Below, in pieces: positions 1 through 8,940 of a stretch of 64,000 nt of DNA; the stretch's first letter is position 1; each line of letters starts with the position of its first letter. The notes beneath the pieces were generated by a model, which was given only the letters and a program-made list of their open reading frames with translations, had not been told where the DNA came from and made no database searches. The position numbers and the translations under genes were made by a program. The DNA comes from an uncultured Pseudomonadales bacterium. Lineage in GTDB: Bacteria > Patescibacteriota > Microgenomatia > UBA1400 > PJMF01. The stretch spans positions 117,530 through 181,529 of the forward strand of contig CAZWKL010000001.1 of NCBI GenBank assembly GCA_964633875.1, written 5' to 3'.

Positions 1-50
1 GCTCCGCTCAACGCCACTACCGCATACTTAATTTTTGGCGAAAACCACAT
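1..50 (-). CDS. N-terminus of a gene running off the window edge (MWFSPKIKYAVVALSG...)
   Basis: ATG at 50 on the minus strand preceded by AGGA, 9 nt after the stop of the 60..1463 gene; only 16 codons visible. Confidence 0.4.
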   Translation of the reverse strand, partial: MWFSPKIKYAVVALSG

Positions 51-59
51 AAAAATCCT

Positions 60-1463
60 TTATTTACGTCTTACTTCGTAATTGGTCAAATATTTAATAA
101 ACACTGCCGGTGCATCTTCCAAGAAAAACTGCTGGAACTCTTCATAAATTTCCGTTCGCTCCTGCTGGTTAAAATTCTGCCGCCCTTGCTCCAGCAAATT
201 ATCAATCCGGGTGTTTTTGTAACCGGTAAAGTTGGTACTTTGCTCAGAGTGCCACAGGTGATACTGATCAGGATCCGAAGGCGACTCTTGCCCGACTAAC
301 AGCACCTGAAAATTGCTGGTATCCGGGAAGTTAGAAATTCTGATTTTCACATTGATTTTGGCGTTTTCGCAGGTAGATTTATCATCAACTGCGCTGCTGG
401 TTTGGCAATCCTGATAGGCTTTCTCGCCAAAAGTTTCCCACTGATTCTTGATTTCTTCCGCTTCTTTTTGGAAAAGAGCAGTAGTGGTGAGCTCAAAACC
501 GAGTGGCTCGGGTGGAATTTCAGCCAACAATCTTTCCACCCCTCTTTCCCAATCTTTTTCGTAGGTTTTAGCACCCTCCAAGTACGCCCAGGATTTAGGA
601 TTGATTGGCCCGTAAGCCCGCACTTCTTCAGGGGCTTTATCCAGAGCATAAGAAAGCGCTTGCCTGACATTTTTGTTGAAAAGCGGAGTGCGAATATTGA
701 AAAAAACAGCCAAGTACCGGTTAGTGGCCACTGTTTCAGTCACCTGAGTAGTGGGCCAGTCCATAATATCGTAATGTCCGGCTAGTTCAGGCAAAATATC
801 TACCTCGCCTTTTTTGAAAGCGGTGACAGCGTCTTGTTCTGTTAAGTAAAACTTATAAACAAACCGCTCGCTGTTGCCATCAATGGTAATTTTTGAGAGA
901 TGTTGGCCGCGAAGTTCATAATCCGTGATCCGGTACTCGCCAATCCCTACCAAACTGGGGCGGTCCATAAAGAAGTAATGACTCATTCGGCCGGACTTAA
1001 AAAGCGGCTGCGACACCACTCCAGGAAAAGGCGCGTAAGCATCAGGCAATTTAAAAACAATGTCGTTGGGGGTAATAATGGTTTCTACTTCGCTCAAGTT
1101 GAAATTAATATCTTCAGGTCTTAAGGGTGTGCCATCTTGCCAATAAATATTGTCTTTGAGTACAAACCGGTAGGTTTTGCCGTCCTGCTCAATGGTCCAG
1201 CGCTCGGCCAGTAGTGGCTCTACCGAGCCGTCTTCTTTAATTTGCGTCAGACCGGCACTGAGTTGATGGGTAATGACATCGGGCAAGTTAACAAAAGTGT
1301 ACTCACCAATCAAACCAATATACTGGCGATTGCTTTTTTCCATACTGCTGGCCACTCGAGGCACAATAAAAGAAAAAATCAAGATGGCGCCCAAGACCGA
1401 AAGAAAAAAGGTGATGCCATATTTTTTGGTGTAGGCAGTTAAGTACCAGTAAAACTTGCGCAT
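60..1463 (-). CDS. ABC transporter substrate-binding protein, family 5 (OppA/DppA-like), membrane-anchored
   Basis: N-terminal TM; motifs PLLAERW, YRFVLKDNIYWQDG, VRQALSYA, NFTGYKN, FLEDAPAVF typical of SBP_bac_5. Confidence 0.85.
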   Translation of the reverse strand: MRKFYWYLTAYTKKYGITFFLSVLGAILIFSFIVPRVASSMEKSNRQYIGLIGEYTFVNLPDVITHQLSAGLTQIKEDGSVEPLLAERWTIEQDGKTYRFVLKDNIYWQDGTPLRPEDINFNLSEVETIITPNDIVFKLPDAYAPFPGVVSQPLFKSGRMSHYFFMDRPSLVGIGEYRITDYELRGQHLSKITIDGNSERFVYKFYLTEQDAVTAFKKGEVDILPELAGHYDIMDWPTTQVTETVATNRYLAVFFNIRTPLFNKNVRQALSYALDKAPEEVRAYGPINPKSWAYLEGAKTYEKDWERGVERLLAEIPPEPLGFELTTTALFQKEAEEIKNQWETFGEKAYQDCQTSSAVDDKSTCENAKINVKIRISNFPDTSNFQVLLVGQESPSDPDQYHLWHSEQSTNFTGYKNTRIDNLLEQGRQNFNQQERTEIYEEFQQFFLEDAPAVFIKYLTNYEVRRK

Positions 1464-1474
1464 AATTATTCAAG

Positions 1475-1693
1475 CTATTGTGCGATCAGAATGCCGATTG
1501 AAGCGATGGTGAAAAGCACAACCAACCCAATTGTCGCATAAAAGAGCACTTTTTCCAGGCCCCTCTTGGTGTGATAGGTTTCGCCACCACCACCCCAAGC
1601 CGAACCTAGTCCTGTTCCTTGAGCTTGCAGCAGAATGGTCACCACAAGCAACAATGAAACGATGATTTGCAAGATAAGCCAAAAAGTTTGCAT
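1475..1693 (-). CDS. secG: Preprotein translocase subunit SecG
   Basis: 72 aa, two TMs flanking ILLQ..GTGLGSAWGGG..YHTKRGLEK. Confidence 0.93.
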   Translation of the reverse strand: MQTFWLILQIIVSLLLVVTILLQAQGTGLGSAWGGGGETYHTKRGLEKVLFYATIGLVVLFTIASIGILIAQ

Positions 1694-1711
1694 ATTTTTT
1701 TATTCTACCAC

Positions 1712-3313
1712 TTATTTTGCTACTTCCTGATGTCTGGTTTCGCGGATAACAGTGACGGTGACCGTGCCAGGATAAGTGACTTTGTTTTTAATCTCGTCAC
1801 GGATTTTCATGCTCAGCACTTTCACGTCGGCGTCTTTGGAACCTTCTGGCTCAAGCAACACCCGCACTTCGCGGCCGGCCTGAATAGCGTAGGCCTGCTT
1901 AACTGAATCATGAGCGGTGGCAATTTCTTCCAACTGTTCCAGACGCTCTACGTACTCTTCGTAGTTTTCGTAGCGAGCGCCCGGTCTGGCTCCGGAAATA
2001 GCGTCGGCGATATAAACCACCATTTGCTCTGGTCCGGTAAATGGCTCGTCTTCGTGGTGTTGGGCGATGGCATCAATTACCGGCTGGGGCAGGTTGTAGC
2101 GCTTGGCTATTTTTACCCCCAGCTCAACGTGGCTGCCTTCTTCCTCGTCGGAAACTTTACCGATATCATGCAGCAAACAACCCAGTTTGACGGTGTTCAC
2201 ATCTATACCAAGTTCATGCGCCAGCTTAATGCCGATTTTAGTCTCTTCCAAGGTGTGGGCGATGAGATTTTGACCGTAGGAGAACCGGTACTTGAACTTG
2301 CCCAGCATCTTAACCAGATCTTTGGGCAAGTTGTAAACATTGACCTCGTGGCAGAGTTTTTTGCCGGCCTCAAAAGTAAGTTTATCAATTTCTTTCTCGA
2401 CCTTATCCACCACCTCTTCGATCCTTGAAGGCTGAATTCTGCCGTCTTTGATTAACCGTTCCAAAGAAATTCGGGCAATTTCACGCCGGACCGGGTCAAA
2501 ACAAGAAAGCCTCACTTCGGTGGGGGACATATCCAGATCCACATCCACCCCAGTGCGTCTTTCAAAAGCATTGATATTACGCCCGCTTTTACCAATAATC
2601 TTGCCTTTGGCATCTTCTGAAGGCAGTTGAACGACGGACACGGTGTATTCCGGCACGTAGTCGGTGGCGCCGTGCTTCATGGCGTCGATCAGGATTTCCT
2701 TGACCCGCTCGTCGGCTTCAGATTCGGCCTCTTCTTCTTTTTGACGGATGAACTGAGCCATTTCTTTGGCCAGTTTTTTCTCCAGATTTTCGAAAAGAGC
2801 TTCTTTGGCCTCTTCTTTGGTAAGTTCGGCCACTTTTTCCAGGCGTTCAATTACATCCTGTCTGCGCTTAGCCAGATCAGCCTTAAGTTTTTCCACCTCT
2901 TTTCTGTCAGTTTCCAACTGGCTTTCCTTGCGGTCCATTTGGCTGAGGCGGTCATCAATTCTGTCCAATTTTTCGTTGAGGTTGCGCTGTTGTTCTTCCA
3001 ATTGCTTGGCCAACTCGCGGCTTTCGTTTTCCGCTTTACTGCGAATGGAAAGGGCTTCCGACTTTGCCTCCACCAAAACCTCTCGGGCTTTGGCCTCGGC
3101 ATCACGAACAATCTCGCGGCTTTTCTGCAACTCTTCATTAGTGGGTTGGAGCTGAGCGGGTTGGTTGCTTGGTTGAGTCGAAGCAGCTTTTTTTGCTGGT
3201 CGTTGTTTGACCCGAAAGCCCGCGTTGGCAGGCGATTTTATTTTTTGACTTTTTTGCTTGGATGACTCTTCTTGAGTGCCAAAAAGTGTAGATAGATTTC
3301 CAAAGAATGACAT
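1712..3313 (-). CDS. rny: Ribonuclease Y
   Basis: Coiled coil, KH domain (KGKIIGKSGRNI), HD domain (LLHDIGK), ADAISGARPGAR, AIQAGREVRV; AGGAG SD. Confidence 0.97.
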   Translation of the reverse strand: MSFFGNLSTLFGTQEESSKQKSQKIKSPANAGFRVKQRPAKKAASTQPSNQPAQLQPTNEELQKSREIVRDAEAKAREVLVEAKSEALSIRSKAENESRELAKQLEEQQRNLNEKLDRIDDRLSQMDRKESQLETDRKEVEKLKADLAKRRQDVIERLEKVAELTKEEAKEALFENLEKKLAKEMAQFIRQKEEEAESEADERVKEILIDAMKHGATDYVPEYTVSVVQLPSEDAKGKIIGKSGRNINAFERRTGVDVDLDMSPTEVRLSCFDPVRREIARISLERLIKDGRIQPSRIEEVVDKVEKEIDKLTFEAGKKLCHEVNVYNLPKDLVKMLGKFKYRFSYGQNLIAHTLEETKIGIKLAHELGIDVNTVKLGCLLHDIGKVSDEEEGSHVELGVKIAKRYNLPQPVIDAIAQHHEDEPFTGPEQMVVYIADAISGARPGARYENYEEYVERLEQLEEIATAHDSVKQAYAIQAGREVRVLLEPEGSKDADVKVLSMKIRDEIKNKVTYPGTVTVTVIRETRHQEVAK

Positions 3314-3351
3314 ATTTCTCCTTTATATTGCATAGTACAGATTCATAGCTA

Positions 3352-3566
3352 ACAATGCTGTGATGGAGAAAGTAAGGCTAGAAAAGAAGACGTACGGCAC
3401 TTGTGGCCGTTTTATAGGTCTATATCAGGCAAATTAAGAACTTGTGTAGGCTTAATCTATAAATATGCATGTTATCGCTAATTAGTCTTGCTTGTATTAC
3501 CAATTACTTTCTAAAATCCTGCCAGGTTTGGCCTGGTAAGAATGTGCTCAATCACAGCACATATTA
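3352..3566 (-). ncRNA. Candidate 6S RNA-like structured RNA (or structured rny 5'UTR)
   Basis: ~200-nt ORF-free stretch with nested long-range complementarity (3356-3364/3551-3559; 3367-3375/3504-3512; AAGAC/GTCTT; TTTATAG/CTATAAA; ATTAAG/CTTAAT), downstream of a sigma70-like promoter and upstream of rny. Confidence 0.5.
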
Positions 3567-3572
3567 CATTGC

Positions 3573-3601
3573 ATTGTACTCTTTTAAGAGCAAATTTGCA
3601 A
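3573..3601 (-). promoter_or_regulatory. sigma70-type promoter for the ncRNA/rny leader
   Basis: Minus strand TTGCAA-17 nt-TACAAT. Confidence 0.6.
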
Positions 3602-3620
3602 CGTATTTTGTGCTATAAGG

Positions 3621-4682
3621 CTAATTTGCCTTATCTTTGGCTTGGTTCTTTTTTGTTTCTTTGGCTTTACCACTGACGGCAGCGCGGATTTGCTGATCAA
3701 CTTTTTTCATGAATTCAGGATTTTCTGCCAAGTATGTTTTAGCGGCTTCTCGGCCCTGTGCCAAGACTTCACTCTCATACTTGTAGAAACTGCCCGCTTT
3801 TTCAATGATCCCAAGCTGGGAGCCGAGGTCAATGATGTCTCCGGTGAGAGAAATGCCGTTTTCATCCATGTCGAACTCAGCTTCTTTGAACGGAGGGGCA
3901 ATTTTGTTTTTCTTAACTTTGACTCGATGCCGGCTGCCCACCACTTGGTCACCTTCTTGAATATTACCAATTTTTCTAATATCCAGTCTTTGAGAAGCGT
4001 AGAACTTCAGGGCATTGCCGCCGGTGGTAGTTTCCGGACTGCCGAACATAACGCCAATTTTATGACGAATTTGATTGGTGAAGATCACCAGCGTGTTGGT
4101 TTTGCCAATAGTGCCGGTGAGTTTTCTCATGGCTTGAGACATCAGGCGGGCTTGCATGCCCATGGGTGCATCGCCCATTTCACCTTCAATCTCGGCTTTA
4201 GGGACCAGGGCTGCCACTGAGTCGATTACTACCAAGCTAACCCCGCCAGAGCGAATCAGAGTTTCCGTAATTTCCAGAGCCTGTTCGCCGTAATCCGGCT
4301 GGGAAATCAGCAGTTCGTCAAGATTGACCCCAATGGCTTTCGCCCGGGCCGGATCTAGAGCGTGTTCAACATCCACGAAAGCAGCCACGCCGCCTTCTTT
4401 TTGCACATTGGCAATCGCGTGCAGACAGAGAGTGGTTTTGCCGGAAGCTTCCGGACCATATATCTCCACAATTCTGCCTTTGGGATAGCCGCCGATGCCT
4501 AGAGCAATATCCAGCGTCAAGGAGCCGCTGGAAATTGACGGAACTTTAGGAGCGCTCTTCATGGATTCTCCTAATTTCATAATCGAGCCTTCACCGAATT
4601 CTTTTTCAATTTGCTGCATAGCTATATTGACTGCTTGCAGTTTACCAGTTGCTGCTGTAGGTGCGGTGGGTTTCTTGGCCAT
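3621..4682 (-). CDS. recA: Recombinase RecA
   Basis: [38 protein letters not shown]; AAGGAG SD. Confidence 0.99.
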   Translation of the reverse strand: MAKKPTAPTAATGKLQAVNIAMQQIEKEFGEGSIMKLGESMKSAPKVPSISSGSLTLDIALGIGGYPKGRIVEIYGPEASGKTTLCLHAIANVQKEGGVAAFVDVEHALDPARAKAIGVNLDELLISQPDYGEQALEITETLIRSGGVSLVVIDSVAALVPKAEIEGEMGDAPMGMQARLMSQAMRKLTGTIGKTNTLVIFTNQIRHKIGVMFGSPETTTGGNALKFYASQRLDIRKIGNIQEGDQVVGSRHRVKVKKNKIAPPFKEAEFDMDENGISLTGDIIDLGSQLGIIEKAGSFYKYESEVLAQGREAAKTYLAENPEFMKKVDQQIRAAVSGKAKETKKNQAKDKAN

Positions 4683-4704
4683 AAATCTCCTTATGCTTGT
4701 TTTG

Positions 4705-4736
4705 GGTTTATTTAGTATTACTATACTAACTAAACC
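4705..4736. promoter_or_regulatory. Palindromic operator upstream of recA (LexA-type candidate)
   Basis: GGTTTAtTTAGTAT-tact-ATACTAAcTAAACC, 14-bp arms with 1 mismatch, overlapping a TATAGT -10 on the recA strand. Confidence 0.55.
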
Positions 4737-4838
4737 ATATTTATTAAATAATTGCTACTGATATTTGTGTGTATAATATGTGCTTGAGCTTGCATCTAGT
4801 GTAGTAATTTGGTGAGAGTTGTGAGGTTTAACAAAAAA

Positions 4839-4912
4839 CGGGCTGTAGCTCAGATGGCTAGAGTGCGCGCCTGGGGGGCGCGAGGTCGCAGGTTCGAGCC
4901 CTGTCAGCCCGA
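4839..4912 (+). tRNA. tRNA-Pro(GGG)
   Basis: Cloverleaf: acceptor CGGGCTG/CAGCCCG, anticodon arm CGCGC-CTGGGGG-GCGCG, T-loop TTCGAGC; CCA not encoded. Confidence 0.96.
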
Positions 4913-4940
4913 CAAAAGCTGGAGTTTTGTCAGGAGTACC

Positions 4941-5609
4941 ATGAAAACCATTATTTTCTCCGACACCCACCTCACCAGGAGGTTTAATTTGCGTAAGTTT
5001 ATGTTCTTGGCCAACTTGATCAAGGACGCTGATCGGGTAGTGATCAATGGCGATTTTTGGGACAATACTTACACGGATTTTGATGGCTTTATCAATTCTA
5101 AGTGGAAGCTACTCTTTCCTATTCTCAAGAGCAAGGAAACCATTTACCTGTATGGCAATCATGACCGGGACTGGCAGGTTGATGACCGAGCGCGCCTATT
5201 TTCAGATTATCAAGGTTATGAATATCAAATTAATAATGGTTATTATGAGTTGCTCATCACTCATGGTCATACCATTAGAGAAGGCCTGGAAAGACTCAAT
5301 AGGCTTTATGGCATCAGAAGATTTAAAAAACTCGGCCAATTTATTTTTGAAATAATTGAGTGGTTGGGAGTCAAATTGGTTCGCCGGTTTGGCAAAAACA
5401 TTTTCCCCCATCGCTTTTTAGATAATCGAGCCATTAAGGCTCACGCTATCACTTTACCTCCCGGACAATATTTGGTCTGCGGCCATACTCATTTGGCTTT
5501 TTTCAAGCCCGGAAATCAGTATATTAACACCGGGTCAATCAGGTTTGGTCACGCTCACTACCTTGAGTTAACTGGTAAAACTTTAAAACTCCATCGCTGG
5601 CGCTATTAA
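4941..5609 (+). CDS. Calcineurin-like metallophosphoesterase (LpxH/YfcE-like fold)
   Basis: SDTH, NGD, GNHD, THGH, CGHTH motifs; true start ATG 4941 after AGGAG (longer ORF overlaps the tRNA). Confidence 0.9.
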   Translation: MKTIIFSDTHLTRRFNLRKFMFLANLIKDADRVVINGDFWDNTYTDFDGFINSKWKLLFPILKSKETIYLYGNHDRDWQVDDRARLFSDYQGYEYQINNGYYELLITHGHTIREGLERLNRLYGIRRFKKLGQFIFEIIEWLGVKLVRRFGKNIFPHRFLDNRAIKAHAITLPPGQYLVCGHTHLAFFKPGNQYINTGSIRFGHAHYLELTGKTLKLHRWRY

Positions 5610-5629
5610 AAAAAGCGAGTAATTGCGTT

Positions 5630-5869
5630 ATGATAGCCATGACCAATATGGCAAAAATTCCTTTATCCAAATCTCCCCAGTCTCCGGATCGCAAACAGTT
5701 GTTGGAGGAACGACTGCGAAATTCAATTGAAGAACGGCGAAAACTGGTTGCCATGGAAAGCTCAGAAATGGAAACTGTTCAGCAGTACGCCAAGCGAAAG
5801 GGCGGTTTTGTGGCTCGCAGCATTAACAGATTACAGCAACTCCTCAAGGAAGATGAAACCCAGATATGA
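5630..5869 (+). CDS. Small hypothetical protein (start may be 5639 or 5648)
   Basis: Fills the gap between genes; stop overlaps next ATG (ATGA). Confidence 0.6.
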   Translation: MIAMTNMAKIPLSKSPQSPDRKQLLEERLRNSIEERRKLVAMESSEMETVQQYAKRKGGFVARSINRLQQLLKEDETQI

Positions 5870-8800
5870 CTTTTGAGGCAGTTTACGCCCGGCTTAATCC
5901 AGAGCAAAAAAAAGCGGTTGATACCACCGAGGGCCCGGTGATGGTAGTAGCCGGTCCGGGCACGGGCAAAACCCAAGTTTTAGCCGCCCGCATCGCCAAT
6001 ATTCTTCGCCAAACCGACACCAAGCCTCACAACATTTTAGCCCTAACTTTCACTGAGTCGGCCGCCAAAAATATGCGCGAACGGGTGGTGCGGATGATCG
6101 GCAAAACTGGCTATTATGTTCAAATTAGCACTTTTCACTCTTTTTGCAGTGAGATTATTCGCTCCAATCCCGAGTTTTTTCCTATCGACAGAGGCAGCGA
6201 GCCGCTAAGTGATCTGGAACGCTACGATCTTTTTCAGTCAATTATCTATGATTTGGATTTGTTGGCAATCAAGCCGATGACGATGAAGCTTTACTACATT
6301 CGCGACATTATGAGAGGAGTTTCCGATCTTAAAAGAGAAGGTGTTTCTCCTGAAGAATTTGCCAAAATTGTCGCTAAGGAAGCAGCGGCATTTGAAAATG
6401 AGAAGCAGGAATTGAGTCAGGCCGTGGCTAAGCGCCGGGAAAGTAATTTGAAAAAGCAGCAAGAGCTGATCTTGGTTTATCAAGAGTATGAAAAACGTTT
6501 GCGAGCCAGGCTGCGGTATGACTTTGACGACATGATTATTCTGGTGGTTCAGGCGTTCAAAGAGCATGAGTTACTGTTGAGGGAGTATCAGGAAAAGCTG
6601 CATTATTTTTTGGTGGATGAGTATCAGGATACTAATAATGCGCAAAATATGGTGGTGGACTTGCTGGCGGGGTATTGGGGTGAGCAGGCCAATATTTTTG
6701 TGGTGGGTGATCCGCACCAGGCTATTTACCGGTTTCAAGGCGCTTCGGTAGAAAACATGTTGGGGTTTATTGATAAGTATGATGAGGCGCTGGTGGTGAC
6801 CCTGGCAACGGGGTACCGGTGTTTTGGTTCTGTTTATGATGCCGCCCACACCTCGATTACTCACAACGAACTCACCAGCGCCGAAGCTTTCAAGATTAAA
6901 CAACACCAACAAACCATGGAAGAAGCGCTCAACAAAAAGCTGCTTAGTCCCAAAGGCCAGGGAGAAAAAATTCGCGTTTTTGACGCGCCCTCACAAACGG
7001 TGGAGCTGATCTATGTGGCCGAGCAGATCCAAAAGCTCATTGCTGCTGGTGTGTCACCGGAAGAAATTGCCGTGCTTTTTCGTCATAATCGCGATGTAGT
7101 TGAGTTGCAAGAAATTCTGGAAAAATGGTTGATACCTTATGAAATCGATGGCGGCGCCAATATTTTGGAGGCCGAGGAGATCCGCCAACTGCTAGAGTTT
7201 TTTGCTGTCATTGATGGCATTGGTAAAAATGAAGATGAAAGCAATCTTTTTGAAGTGATGTGTTACGAGTGGCTCGGGTTGGACAAGTTGCTGGTAATGA
7301 AAATTGCCAGAGCCGCGGGCGCCGCCAAACTCAGCATTATCGACACCATTTTAGCCGGTTATGACCATTTTCAAGCCAAACTTGAAGCTAATGGTACTTC
7401 CAGGGAGGAATTTGCTCGCCTAGAGCTTTTCGTCGAGAAATTAATGCTTTGGGCTAGCCAAGACGCACAACTGGTTTTCCCCCAATGGTTTGAACTGATC
7501 ATCACTGAGAGTGGTTATCTGGACTGGATTTTGCAGCATGAAGCTAAAATTGAGTTGTTGACTAACCTGAACTCGCTTTATCGGGAAGTAAAATCTCTGG
7601 CTGGCAGCAGGCGGAGACTGCGGCTGCGGGATTTTTTGGAAACTGTCGAGATCATGTACGAACACAAGATTTCTCTTCAGGCAGAGGATTTGAACGTGAC
7701 TACCGGCGCGGTCCGGCTTTCCACCGTCCACAAAGCCAAAGGCCAGGAGTGGCAGCACGTGTTTGTTATTCACTGTCTTGATGGCAAGTGGGGCAATAAT
7801 CACCGGCGCGAACTTTTACCTTTGCCTGAGGGATTGATCAAAAATACTGATCTGTCTAAAAAAGAGTTGAATGAAGACGAGCGGCGGCTGTTTTATGTGG
7901 CTATCACTCGGTCTAAAGGCACGGTGCAACTGAGTTATCCACAGACGATTGTGGCCGGCAACAGCTCGAAGGAAGTGGTTGGCAGCATGTTTATTACGGA
8001 AATTGAGCCAGAGGTGGAACGAGTTCCTGAAACTGAAACCAAGCAGTTTTTTGCGTCAGCCCAGGAGAGCTTAGCCAAGCTGCTTTTACCGGCCGATGTT
8101 TCAAAAAGAAGTATTTCGGAAGAAGAATTTTTCAAAAAAATTGTCAGCACGATGCCGCTGTCTGTGACCGCTCTCAACACCTACCTGAAAGATCCCCAAG
8201 AATTTGTTAACAATGTGCTGCTGAGAGTGCCGAGAGCAAAGGCTACGCCTATGGCTTTTGGGACGGCCATTCATAAGGCTTTAGAAGAGTATTTCAAGCA
8301 CTTTCAACAACACAACTCACCTCTGGAATTAGAAAAACTGCAGGCGATTTTTACGGAGAGCTTGAGTAAAGAATTGATCAACCCCGAAGATTTTGTCCGC
8401 CGGCTTGAGTATGGGCACAAAATTTTGGCAGCCTACCATGAGCAGAACAATTTTGAAAATATCAAACCATTGTTTATTGAGCGATTTTTTGGTACCGGTT
8501 TTAGTAAAACCATGCTTGGTGATATCCGCTTAACCGGTCGGATAGACCGGGTGGATTGGATAGATACAGCCAGTAAAACCGTTAGAGTTATAGATTACAA
8601 AACCGGTGTGCCCAAAACTATTGGGTTTATTGAAGGTAAGACTAAATCGGTTAAGCTTTCCGAGCGCGAACAACTCCTTCCTGACAGCATTAAGGGGCCA
8701 TACAAACGTCAGCTTTTATTTTACAAACTATTGACAGATTTGGATCCCACTTTTATTCCCACCGTTACTGAAGGGGTTTTTGATTTTGTGGAGCCGGACA

Positions 8801-8928
8801 AAAATTCCGGCAAGCTGGTTCGGCGGCAGTTCACTCTCCACCTCAGCGATGTCAAGGATCTCAAGGAGCTGATTTACACGGTGATGAGCGAAATTAGGAG
8901 TCTCAAGTTTTTGGAAAATCTTACTTAA
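5866..8928 (+). CDS. UvrD/PcrA-family SF1 helicase fused to a C-terminal PD-(D/E)XK nuclease (AdnA/AdnB-like)
   Basis: Q-motif LNPEQ, Walker A AGPGTGKT, LVDEYQD, VGDPHQAIY, STVHKAKGQEW, EERRLFYVA-type motif VI (EDERRLFYVAITR); C-terminal LTGRIDRVD..VIDYKTG..QLLFY. Confidence 0.93.
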   Translation: MTFEAVYARLNPEQKKAVDTTEGPVMVVAGPGTGKTQVLAARIANILRQTDTKPHNILALTFTESAAKNMRERVVRMIGKTGYYVQISTFHSFCSEIIRSNPEFFPIDRGSEPLSDLERYDLFQSIIYDLDLLAIKPMTMKLYYIRDIMRGVSDLKREGVSPEEFAKIVAKEAAAFENEKQELSQAVAKRRESNLKKQQELILVYQEYEKRLRARLRYDFDDMIILVVQAFKEHELLLREYQEKLHYFLVDEYQDTNNAQNMVVDLLAGYWGEQANIFVVGDPHQAIYRFQGASVENMLGFIDKYDEALVVTLATGYRCFGSVYDAAHTSITHNELTSAEAFKIKQHQQTMEEALNKKLLSPKGQGEKIRVFDAPSQTVELIYVAEQIQKLIAAGVSPEEIAVLFRHNRDVVELQEILEKWLIPYEIDGGANILEAEEIRQLLEFFAVIDGIGKNEDESNLFEVMCYEWLGLDKLLVMKIARAAGAAKLSIIDTILAGYDHFQAKLEANGTSREEFARLELFVEKLMLWASQDAQLVFPQWFELIITESGYLDWILQHEAKIELLTNLNSLYREVKSLAGSRRRLRLRDFLETVEIMYEHKISLQAEDLNVTTGAVRLSTVHKAKGQEWQHVFVIHCLDGKWGNNHRRELLPLPEGLIKNTDLSKKELNEDERRLFYVAITRSKGTVQLSYPQTIVAGNSSKEVVGSMFITEIEPEVERVPETETKQFFASAQESLAKLLLPADVSKRSISEEEFFKKIVSTMPLSVTALNTYLKDPQEFVNNVLLRVPRAKATPMAFGTAIHKALEEYFKHFQQHNSPLELEKLQAIFTESLSKELINPEDFVRRLEYGHKILAAYHEQNNFENIKPLFIERFFGTGFSKTMLGDIRLTGRIDRVDWIDTASKTVRVIDYKTGVPKTIGFIEGKTKSVKLSEREQLLPDSIKGPYKRQLLFYKLLTDLDPTFIPTVTEGVFDFVEPDKNSGKLVRRQFTLHLSDVKDLKELIYTVMSEIRSLKFLENLT

Positions 8929-8940
8929 ATTAATGAGTTT

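Noticed and set aside
1910-4220. Long antisense ORFs opposite rny and recA (and similar ones throughout the window)
   Set aside because: Shadow frames of conserved genes, with no motifs or start signals
4809-4940. N-terminal extension of the phosphoesterase ORF and antisense ORF 4755..4970
   Set aside because: Both overlap tRNA-Pro; a proper SD+ATG exists at 4941
4941-5609. Calling the phosphoesterase lpxH
   Set aside because: Has GNHD rather than GNRD and no lipid A pathway context; only the fold is supported
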